NCBI GenBank assembly: GCA_001179505.1
Contig: CDMY01000369.1
Coordinates: 1-64,000 of the forward strand
Direction of reading: 5' to 3'
Source of the DNA: Vitrella brassicaformis CCMP3155
Taxonomy: Eukaryota > Protista > Chromerida
Length of the DNA: 64,000 nt
This document shows, in pieces, positions 12,901 to 23,952 of the stretch. Made by a program: the position numbers and the translations under genes. A model generated the notes under the pieces. The model saw only the letters and a list, made by a program, of their open reading frames with translations, did no database searches and was not told where the DNA came from. How positions within the stretch are numbered: the first letter of the stretch is position 1; every line of letters begins with the position of its first letter.

Positions 12901-14053
12901 CGCCTCTTGTGCTCTTCCTCGGCCAACTTCTCATGGAACAGCTGCACCCAATTCAGTTTCTGAGAAGGAGTAATGGGAGGAGGAGCGACAGCGAGAGAGA
13001 GACAGCGAGAGAGAGCAGGACCGCACAGACACACGTCTCAAGGAGTTGCCTCGGCCGAAGTCTATTCCCCGGTGCGTCCTGCTCACCTTGTTATGGGCAT
13101 CTTGCACATAGTGGTGGACCCACTTCTCGGCGGTGTGGCACACCTCTGCATACCGCGTCTCGATGGGCGTCCGCGAACCAAGCGTGCACACACGCATCCT
13201 GACCACACACAAAGACAGACAGACAGAGAGGGAGGGAGGGAGGGAGAGGGAGTATGGTCGCTTTCTGCTTTGGCCCCTTCTCCTCCCTGTCGCCTCTGAC
13301 CACCACTTACACTTTCCACACGGCGTCGCGGTACTGGCGCTCAGACATGCCCAGGTGCAGGGGTGGGCCCACCGAGAAGACCTGGGGCGGGTTGAAGGCC
13401 TGATACTGCGGCTCGTCGGAACCGCCCCCACTCCCACCCCCACTCCCACCCCCACCACTGGCGACACTGACACTGGTGCCGGCGCCGCTGTGTGTTGACG
13501 ACACAGTTGAGGGCGTCTGCCGCTGTGAGGCCCCACTCGATGGGTACATGATCGACGAGGAAGGGAAGCTGCTCGTTGACGCCTGGTGCTGGTGGTGGTA
13601 GTGGGGGTGGGCATGCTGCTGCTGCTGCTGGTGTTGGTGCCTCTGGAATGAGTAGTTCTGCATGCCACCTCCGCCCCCGCCTACACCAGCACCGTAGTTG
13701 TGCCGTCCTTGGTGGGAATGCTGGGTGCTGTGGGCGTTGTGGGAAGACTGAAGAGGAAAGGCGCCTGTGTGTGCGGTTGCAGTCATGGTGCCATAGCGGG
13801 CGGCATGGTGCGTCGCTGCAGCCAGTGGCGGCTGCACCGACGAGCTGCGATGCCTGCTGCCAGTGGTGCTACCGCTGTGGCCGAATGGTGGCTGGACTGC
13901 CGCTGTCGGCGCGTTCAGGGAGGTGAAGAGGCTGACAGGCGGCAGCTGCGAAGTGAACAGCCCATGCTGCTGGTGCTGCTGATGATGCTGAAGGGAGTGA
14001 TGCGGGTTAGCGAATCCACCTCCTGTGCTGAACGGACTGAGCTGGAAGCTCAT
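9979..14053 (-). CDS. Large multi-exon low-complexity (Q/H/S/G/P-rich) protein with short helical islands; function unknown
   Basis: Long coding exons at 13307-14053, 11520-12560 and 9979-10815, plus small exons. The 12640-12760 exon splices in frame into GVMYGAGG. The join at ~11380-11520 is ambiguous, so this could be two genes. Confidence 0.6.
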
Positions 14054-14616
14054 AGGGCAGCCAAACCAACCGACTGCGTCACATCACACAGGAAGGGAGC
14101 GGGAGAGAGGAAGACACAACGACGCTGATTCGATTCGATTCGTGACGCATCAGTGCGCGACCATCGCTGTGGCCATCTGGGCCGGCCTCACCTGTACGCT
14201 TAGATGTGTACGGGCGTACGAGTCGTCAATCAGGGAGAGGCCACTCGAACGCACGAGCGACGACGATGCGATGTCGAACCCCAACAGAGGAGGCAGCTCG
14301 TCAGCTTCTCGACTCACAAAGCTGAGAAGCGGTCAGAGCGTGTGACGTCCTGCCTTTCCTATGCGCTTTCTCGGAGGTTTTCCTCCCAGATTTGGCGACA
14401 GGGTTTCAGGGAGCACCCTATTTGGCGAGGGTGCTCCCTTTGACCTCCTGCTGGCGAGGTTTGCGAGGTTGGCGACCGGTTGTTTTCTTTGCTCATTCGT
14501 CGAATGACACACTCCACTTGGAGTCCATATGCACGGGTCCATATGAAAGTATATACATGTACCAAGAGAGACACTGGACACAATTGTCAAGCCAAAGTGG
14601 CCGGCCCGTCAGTCAG

Positions 14617-16810
14617 TCACTGCGTGAGTCTGAATATTATGGTGTGCAGCTCTTTGCTGCGCGGCAGGCCGATGTGGATGGGGTGGTCGGGGGACACCTG
14701 GCCCTCCCACACCAATACACCTGCAAGCGCCCACCCACAGACACACACACATACACAGATCAAAGGACGCTTGGTTGTCTTTCTCGGTTTCCTACCTACC
14801 TACCTTTCCTGTCGGACTGGTAGATGGCTTCGGTGAGGATCTGCATCAGGTGTCGGTACTGGAAGGCTCGGGAGCTCACCAGCGCCACCAGGTAGCCGTC
14901 GGGAGCCACACACTGAACAGAGCGACGCAGACACAACACACCATACCGTGCGAGTGTGGACAAGACAGACAGGTGTGTGAAGGATGGAGGGAAATACCTT
15001 GGCAGCGAGGTTGAACAATCGGAAGAACAGCTGCTCGCCGCGATCGAGCTGACACACAGAGTTGCAACCATGCACAAGACTCGCACTCTGTGTGTCCATA
15101 CCGCGGTTTGGTGAATGAGAGGCGTCCAGTTCGGCGGGTCCGCAATCACGATGTCCCATTGCACTGCGCAGTCAAGACATAGTCAGACGGACAGACAGAT
15201 AGAAGGAGGAACTAGCATCCGTGCGGGCAGGGGTGTGCAGCCCACATCGCTGGTCTATGGCGTCTTGAAGGTATTTGAACGCATTGGCCCGCTGGAACAG
15301 CACCCTGTCGGCCACGCTCGCAGACTGAGCTGCCCACTCACCTGACACACACACACACACACACACACACGTGCAATCCAAGGCCATCACACACACGTGC
15401 ATTGGTTGCATCAACCTATCCCCACCACTGACACAACATACCTCTTTGCAGGTACGGGGCGTGGCTGTCGACGCACGTGACCTTGCTGGCCTCACCCCTG
15501 GCCGCAGCCGTCACACCGAAAGCTGCGACACACATGCAGGGATGTAAAGAGGCAGTGTTGATGCGATGCGTGTGTGTTTCTGTCTGTTCGTGTACTGACC
15601 TCCCACGTAAGAGAAAAGGTCCAGGACTGTCTTGCCCTTGGCGAGCTGCGCCACCTCCTCCCGCACAGGACGGCGGTCGAAGAACCAGCCTGTGCTGGGG
15701 GAGTCCATCAGGTCCACTTGGAAGGAGCATCCCGCCTCGGGAATTGTGACGGTGGTCTCACACACATCAGACACACTGCTGCCATCTGGAAGCAACCACA
15801 CGTATGCACGCACCGTCAATGAGGGCGTGTCCATGTGTATCTGCCCACCTTTCTGATAGGGCATATCTTTCCACAGTGCGAGTCTCTCCTGCCGCCTTCG
15901 AATCGAGTCGTTGCGGTGGATGACGGCCGTCAGGTCCCCACCCATGACGTCGACCAGCGCGCCCACAATGCACTCGCGAAGCCGCTCCATGCCACCTGTG
16001 AGGTGCTGCACCACGCAGATCGACCCATATCTGACATATATGAACACAAAGACACACAGAGGGAGGGAGAATCAAATGCAGCACAGCATGTGCATACGTC
16101 CGCTCCCCGCCCGACCGTGTGACCCACCTGTCGATGACCAGCCCCGGCAGGTCATCTCCCTCCCCGTTGACAAGGCGGCAGAAGACTGGCCCGTGGTCGT
16201 CCCTCTGAATGGCTCTCCTGTCCCTCCCCAGCGGCAGGTGCCGCCGCATCTCCATCGCACGCCGGATCTTGCCCGCCAGGAAGGCCCGGTCGACGGGCAT
16301 GTAGGCATTGTCGCTCACGACGCGACCCGCTATCAGGCTGTGAATCGTGTAGGTCCCCACCCCTGCACCACAGATACGTGCGCACGGATCAGCAGGCCGG
16401 CGTTGCGTGTGGTTGTATTAGTGTGGGATTACTACCTACCGTGTCCAGTGCCTTCGCTGTCGAAGATGTTGACAATGCACGGTGAGAGTGGCCTGAGCTC
16501 CTCGAAGTTCTGCACCTCGTTAGAATAGATCCAGGGCAGCTTGTTGGCCAAGGACAGGTCGAAGTGAGTGCTGCCCTCTGGCGGACGGATGCGCAGCGTG
16601 GGGCGGGTGGAAGGGTCATCTGCGTATCAGCAATGCACATGCAGTCGTCATAAATATTGGGTGGGTGCATGCCTTGTTGCTTGCTTGCTCGCTGCTGACC
16701 TGTGAGTGTCGGCAGAGGGCCAGAGGGGTACGCCAACGCACTCGCCTCATCCGTCCCCCCTGCAGGAGATTCTCCATCTTCGCGCTGCGGGATGCCCTGG
16801 GGATTCGCAT
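14617..16810 (-). CDS. rlmI: RlmI/YccW-like PUA-domain SAM-dependent rRNA m5C methyltransferase
   Basis: Motifs PWIYSNEV, RLVNGEGDDLPGLVIDRYG, STGWFFDRRPVR, KTVLDLFSYVGGFG, FDIVIADPP and PDHP. Ends ...TIIFRLTQ* at 14617. Confidence 0.88.
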
Positions 16811-17074
16811 CAACGGCGTCGTGAGGCAGATGCGCAACGCCCCTTACTGGCTGGAAGGGCAGTGAATGCACTCGCAGATTACGTCGCCTTCGCGCTGCTG
16901 CCGGCATGGGTGGCATTCGGCGAGCAATGTAGCTGGGGCATCGATTCATCAATCGATTACGTCACGACAAAGCGGGAGAAGTGCAACATCCATGCAGATC
17001 TGCCTTTCAAATTCGGATCGTGCGAGCTCAAGCTTTTTGGCGTTGTCGGCCGTTGAAAGTGGCTCTGCAAGACA

Positions 17075-20000
17075 ATGTCCGAGAGGGCGGATTTCACTTT
17101 GCTGGGCCTCCTGGGCGGCGGGACAAGCGGCTTACGCGGGCATCCGCGTTTCTCCATCGCCGTCTACAAGGCGGGGTCCATTCTGGTGCTCTGGGACTAC
17201 CTCAAGGACCGCAAACACATGATCCCCCCCTCGCCATGGGCCTGGTCCTGCCGCCAGCTGGCATTCGACGCCTCAGGCCGCCACCTGCTCGGCTTCGCCG
17301 TCAACAGCCTCAACGAGCTGGTGGTGACGGCCTGGCGCACCCGAGACGGGCATGCAGTCTGCCAGGCGAACATATCCAACTCGGCGGCGTGCGACGACGT
17401 CTGCATTGATGGGCCGCTCGTATCTACTCATGAGACATCGAGCGGTGGCGAGGGAGGGCCCGACATTTATGTGGCGGTGCAGGTGGCTGCTGTTGGATTT
17501 ATCGGCGTCTATGAGTGGAGGCCGCCCTCTCTGCAGCCATTCGTCAAGACGCAAGACCGGCAGAAGGAGGGAGACATCCATGCATCGGGCGATGCTGGCT
17601 TCGAGACGCTGGCCTTTGCTCATGTGGGTTCGACTGAGGACGTGAGAGCGGTTCGATTCATGCCCTTCGACGGTCAGATGGTCACCCTGGAGCCATATCG
17701 GCTGTGCTTCTACCGGTGGCAAGCCAACGCCATCGTGCTGCTCACTCGCCTCCACGTTAAGCAGCGCCTGAGCACTTTCGAAGTGCATGCAGGCACGGGG
17801 CAGCTGCTGCTGCTGACTGAAAGTGGGCGGGCCGTCGTGCTGTCTTCTGATGGCGCGGCGATTACTGACATCGAGCCACCCACGCCCTTTTCGAGTTTTG
17901 CGAGCATTGCGACGGGAAACGATTCGGTGGCGTTCGGCACACACGAGGGGAGCCTTCTCTTGTACCGGCGAGACGACTGGACGGTGCAAGCAACCATCCC
18001 GCGACCATCGATTGATGGGCTGGGCATCCTTCACCCACACAAGGCGTTTCTGACGGTGGTGCACATGGCTTGGGGATCGGCTCAGGATTATCTGCTGCTG
18101 ACTTATGCCGACGGCACGACTGCAGTGGTACACGTCTCCAGCGGCAGATACATCATGTACCGCCTCACACACACCGGACCTCTATTCGGTGTGGCCAGCC
18201 CGGTGTCTCTGTCTTTGGCGATGCCGCCATCCCCCCTGCAAGAGCGCGAGACACTTATTGCCTTCGTGACGTGCTCCCGACGCGACCCACACATCATCAC
18301 GTGGCCCAGCGGCGGCCGACCGCCATTCCGCACAAGCTTCCCCTCCTTCAATGGCCCGCCAACCATCGACAGACAGTCCATCGACCCACAACCCCTTGAG
18401 TCATTCTCGCCCTCCTTGATGATGCGCCATCCGCCGGATTGCCCAGAGTGGGTGCCGATGGGTGTTGGTCGGGCAGTGGCGACACAGCAGGTGTGCTGTG
18501 TGGCGTTCCGGCCGCTGGTGCCCATGATGCCTCAGGGGCCGTCGCTCGTGATGGTGGAAAGGAGTGGGAGTGAAGGAGAGAATGGGGATGTGATTGGGGT
18601 GCTGCAGGGAGAGGGGCAGCTTTATTGCGGATGTGTGGACGGGTCTATCTACGAGGCTCAGCTACAGACAAAGGACACAAAGCCCACGACTGTGGGAGCA
18701 GGGAAGAGCCGGACGATTGAGGCGGACCCAACAGGTGAGTCCCTAAGGACGATGTGCCTACCACATTCTTTATGGGCAGCTTTGTGGTAGGTCTCACCTC
18801 ACTGTGTCCGCCTCTGCCCTACGATTGGACAGCGGTCCGAGTGCGCCCCTTCCCACATGATGACCGCCATACCGCCCCCAGTCGGCCAGAGGACGTCACA
18901 GCGCTGCCCTCCCCATTCCCAGCACAACAATCCAGGAGGGGACGGCCGTCGCCATGCGTCTCGCTGGAGTTCTCGGCCGAGGGGCACTTGCTGCTGGCCA
19001 CCTACGGCAATGGGATGGTGGATCTGCTGAGGGCCCCACAGCTGGAGAGGGCGGAGATGATCGAGCCGCCATTTCAGCAGGGAGAGGAGAGGCATTACAA
19101 GAGGAAGGCTGTTCTGGTCCCTCGGGCAACAACACCAGACCACCACCGGAACAACCGGCAAGCGACCTCCTCTCTGAGCGGTCAGGGGATGTGTGTGGTC
19201 ACTGCTGCGCTGTCCTCTACGAATAAGGTCGCAAGGGAGGCGGTGTTGTATGAGCTGTATCCCCTGGGGAAGTCTCTCGCAAAGTATGCCTGTGTGGTAT
19301 ACCGCCTGCCGTGGCGCCATCAGCAGCTGAGCGAGCTCTGCCTGCACCCATCTGGATGTTTTCTCGTAGCTATAGCCGTCCGGAACAAGCAGCCGCCCTC
19401 AGAGTCCCAACCAGCACCAGAACCAGCAGCTGAGGACACGATCGCGAGAAGCGAGGAGAGACATGAGATGGCGATGGCGTCTCCTGGTCTCGATGTGGTG
19501 GTGTTTGATTTGCTCACGGGGTCAGTGCTGGCGTGTGTAGACTTCCGCCCCTTCCCCCTGCTGCAGATGTCCTCCCCACCTCGCCCCATTGAGTGCGTGG
19601 CTGATCCAACAGGCTGCTATCTGCTCGTCGGCTGCATTCTCTACGAGCCAGGCGAGTACAACAAGGGTGCACGTCGGCTGCCGCCAGAGGAGCACCATGA
19701 GGAGGGGACGCTCGGCTGGCCCTTTCACCACACTCTATACCCCGCCACACACCCTATTCTTAATCGCTATCACCACAAGCAGCCTTCTGCTGCGGCAACA
19801 CAGCCGATGCACGAAGACGGAGGGAGAGGCCTTCGAGCCGTGTGTGTGCTGGACTTCTCTACTGGTCTGCCCGGCCCCCACCTTCTCGGAGACTTCAGCC
19901 GCATCTCCTTTGCAGCGGCTGATCCGTCGACCGTGCTGCTGGGGCACTCTGACGGGTCTCTTTCTGCCTGGCAGCTCCCATCAACACTGCTGGCCGGCCA

Positions 20001-20847
20001 GGGGCATGTGTGGATGGACTGTCAGGAAGCCACCCAAAAGCCACTGCCCCGGGCCCATCTGCTGGAGCCGCAGAAGCTTCGGGACCACTGGCGCGACGCA
20101 ATCGACTGGGACAAGTGGGGGGGCAACGCACGGATCGACCACACACCCATCGCCACTCGGGTGCACCAACCTGTGTTTGGCCGATCCCCCGAGATGACAG
20201 CCCTGCCACCGCCGGCAGCCGACGATGTCGAGCGAGAGACACAAGAACGAGACACCCTCCCCACCCACCCGCTATTCGCAGAGGCCCGTCAATTTCCCCA
20301 ATCTGAGATAGCCATCGCACCCGGCACTCCTCTGCCGTCTCCGGACCTGCTTGCCACAATGGAGGATGCAGACGGCAATGCGACGGCGGTAGTGCGTGCG
20401 CCGGAGCTGCTGCGCCGGTTCGGTGACGACCCTGCCGATGCTGAGGACCCGATCCCCTCCCTCACAAGAAAGAGAATCGGACATCTGGGAGTGACGGCAG
20501 AGCAGCATTCATCGAGGCCTGCATCGCCTTTTGTGCAGGTGTCTCGGCCGGCGCTGCCCTCATCCCCCCACACACAAGTGGCGAAAGGCATCCCCATGCT
20601 GCATGGAGACGTGCCTGCGACTGCGGCTGTGGGTGTCGGTGGCAAGAAGGAGGGCGGTAGAGTGGTGTCTCCTGGTGGTGGTGGTGGTGGTTGGGGTGAG
20701 GCCGCAGTGGATGCGTTGAGGTTTCATGTGGTTGAGGAGACACTAAGGGATCTGCATGAGTTTGAGCAGAGGCTGGCTAAGGAGGATGGGGATGGTGTGG
20801 GAGGAGAGGAGTACAGTGACAGTGGCAATGGCAATGGCAAAGAATGA
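17075..20847 (+). CDS. WD40/beta-propeller protein, WDR62/MAPKBP1/WDR90-like N-terminus, almost intronless
   Basis: Two long ORFs (571 and 697 aa) are bridged by an intron with its donor at ~18735. The N-terminus FTLLGLLGGG..GLRGHPRFSIAVYKAGSILVLWD is followed by WD-like strands (LEFSAEGHLLLAT, LCLHPSGCFLVA, GHSDGSLSAWQL). Confidence 0.7.
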
Positions 20848-21331
20848 GCGGCTGAGTGATGTTTGTGTGGATGTGCGGCTTGATTGGCTGAAACATGCCC
20901 TTAACCTACATGTCCACTGCGCCTCAAGGATAAGTGGATGTGTCTCCCGCAAGTTGATCGATCCACCATGGGTCATCAGCTTGTCCCAAGACATACATGC
21001 ACACCCGGATGTCCGCCTTCCCCATGCACAGCACATCTCCATATGCACGGCGACGCGCGGTTCGTGATAGGCAATAAGAGCACGGCGCAGTATGAAATGG
21101 ACCAATGACACGACATAGCGCAGAAAGGGCCCTCGACAGGAACACCAAAAATGTGACTCTGCAAAGCCTTTCCCGAGCAGGGCGTCATCTTTGGTGTCCT
21201 GCCAGCACTCATTCGGATGGAACACACACACACGGACAATGCATGCACACGCGTCACTTGAATGTTACACATGCATCATTCATTCAGCCCACACGCATCA
21301 TTCATTCAGCAAACACGCATCCACTCGCTCG

Positions 21332-23033
21332 TCAGCCGCCGATAGCAAGCGAATCAGCGAGCGGCTTCCTGCCGATGTCTTCGCTGTCAATGAACTTGCC
21401 CGTGGCCAGCCAATGTGCACAGCCTGGGGGCAGCGTCGCTGCCTTGGCCTCATACCGGATGACCTGCTCGGGCGTCAAAACGTCCTTCCACCGACCGTTT
21501 GTTCCCTGCGGACACCCATGCGATCGGTGCGTGTTCTGTGTTGTGTGCTGATCGTGTGCTTGGGTATCCATCTACCTTGTTGATGAAAGTCTTTGCTCCG
21601 CCTTCCCATACCCTGCCGCCAGCGGGGGCGAACAGGTGGGCGTGCTCCTTCATGTGCTCGAATGTGCACCGCTCCACCTACACCCATCGACACACCGACA
21701 CAGCACAAGTCAATTGCGGCACAGAGAATACGTGTGTGTGCGTGTGGCGTTCGGACTTGTTCGTCGAAGATGGTCTCATCGATGGGGATGTTCAGAAAGG
21801 CCGCCACGCGTCGCATCTCGCCGGGCAGGTCCTTCTTGAGCTTGTTGAAGTGCACGAACAGCACGTTGGGGAGGCCTCGCAGGTGCCACCACGACTCGAC
21901 ATTGGTGAACAGCGACCACCACGGCCAGCCGTCGGTCTCCCTGCACCGACCACACCCACACGGACGCACAGATGGACTCAGAGGGATTGGTGTCTCCGCT
22001 GTGTGTGTGGTAGGTACCAGGGGTGAGATGGCCAGCCCTGTGACAGCCACATGTCGAAACTGAGGACAACAAGCAAGAGTGCAAACCAGCGCCTTATGAA
22101 TGTGTTCGTTCCTCTCCTACGCCTTTGACTCGTCAATGTCCTCGATGTCCGTCCATCGGGGCATCGGGGGCCCAACTCTGCCAGGCTTCTCATACCTCAC
22201 GTCAAGAGTTTCATCGTTAGTATTTTTCCAGTGACTGCAGCCACATGCAGAGCCACAGAAATACGGGTTCTCCTTTGCCTATGCTGCGTCTTTGCTTTTG
22301 TCCAGCTCACTTGAGCATTGACATGAAGGCGTCGCGGCCATCCCTCGCGACATAGATGTACTTGCACTGCATCCATCCACATGAGTACAAGAGCACGTGT
22401 CATCCCACAATTCATCCCACCGCCCCGCCCCCGTGTCAACAACCGACCTGTGGATGGATGGGGAGTGCGTCCGAGGGCAGGTGTGTCTTGAGGCACCTGG
22501 GATGGGTCTGCGCCTCGAGGGCTGCCATCTTGTCCTCTCGCGGTTCCCCTATTCGGCAGTCCAGCCACGGGCTGATCTCGTGCATGGCCTTGCCGCCGGG
22601 GTAGGCCTCTCCCTTGAAGAGCAGCTGGCACACTATCTGCTGCATCCATGTGGTGCCACTCTGATGGTATGATTGATTGACACACGAACAGAGTGAGAGA
22701 AGCATGTGATGTCAGGCAAATCTGCTCGTGTGTGTGCACCTTGTAAGCGGTGCAGACAATCACGTCGGTGTCGCGAGGCGTCCAGTCATCCCAGTAGGTG
22801 CTGTCGAACAGGACGCTGAGGTAGGTGCGGTGCCGCTTCTTCAGATAGTCCTCGTCCACACGAGTCCAGTCGACGTCAACAGGCGACGGAATGCCCTCTG
22901 TGTCTGAAGGTTCAGGCATTGATGGCAGCAACAAAGGGATGCGCAGATCTGTTGCAATACAATACGATGCAGCAAAGACGCTGCAAGAAACTCGTCCAGG
23001 CGCCTCGTCCTTCGCCGGCAGCAGCGGTTTCAT
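21332..23033 (-). CDS. PAPS-dependent aryl sulfotransferase (Sulfotransfer_1 family)
   Basis: 5'-PSB motif AYK|[10 protein letters not shown], then SPWLD and CLKTHLP, 3'-PB motif [24 protein letters not shown] and FINK|[10 protein letters not shown]. The start is at 22919 or 23033. Confidence 0.92.
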
Positions 23034-23081
23034 GGAGCACCCTAGCCGGCCTTTTCTTCGGCAATCTCTCCTCCTTTTGCG

Positions 23082-23762
23082 ATGTCCGCGTCGGATGGAT
23101 GTGAGCATCCCCTGTTCATCAGCAAAGCACCAGCAAGCATCGCCGACAATGGTAAGGCAAAGATCGTGCATCCCGCTCATGTTCTCATTCTCGTGAGTTG
23201 TTTTGTGTGCAGCTGGCCTTCTCGCCATCGCCGCTCTCATCGACGAGCAATATGCGGACGAGGCGGCAGCAACTCGCAAGCAGCAGGCGGCGGCCAAGCG
23301 AAGAGCACAAAGATCTCATCCATACCAGCGGCTCTCACGTTCCCACCCGCCACAAGACGGCACGTCTGTTGAGCATCAATCGGCAGCACAAGCAGCGACA
23401 TCGAAAGAGGAATCTGCTGACAATGACGGATCTGCAGCGGCGGACAGCGAGATGGATGAGGAGCAGGAAGGCGCCACTGCTGACAATGGGGCGACAAGCT
23501 GCTGCCAAGAAGATGAAGATGAAGATCATGGCGAGATGGAGATAAAGAGGGAAAGGGGCAAGGCGGCCAGTGTGGGTGAGGTGCAAGTGACACTGGCGCT
23601 CATGGGTGTGCGTGGCTGAGTGAGTGAGGGATATATTGCGAGATGAGCGGGCCTGTCGATAATAAAAACGTGGCGGCTGCATTGCATGGTGGCTACGTTG
23701 CATACCTGTTGCAATGGACAGATTCTCCGCGGACCGAACGATTGTTGATCAAGTGCTTGTGA
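23082..23762 (+). CDS. Small acidic hypothetical protein (3 exons)
   Basis: MSASDG...ADN|G splices in phase 1 to AGLLAIAALIDEQYADEAAA...EDEDED. The probable last exon reads DSPRTERLLIKCL*. Confidence 0.45.
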
Positions 23763-23952
23763 ACATCTTTCGCAGCAGTTTGCGTCAACTTGAAGTCACA
23801 GGCAAGCAGAAGAAAGTTCACCCAGAAGAAAGTTTACTCCCGTGTATAGGGCTTCCATCACGCCATGAACAACAAGTCTATGAGAATGAGACGGAAGACA
23901 CTCACTGCTACCAAAAAACATCGGTGTCTCTACAGCACCAGCTCAGTGGTCT

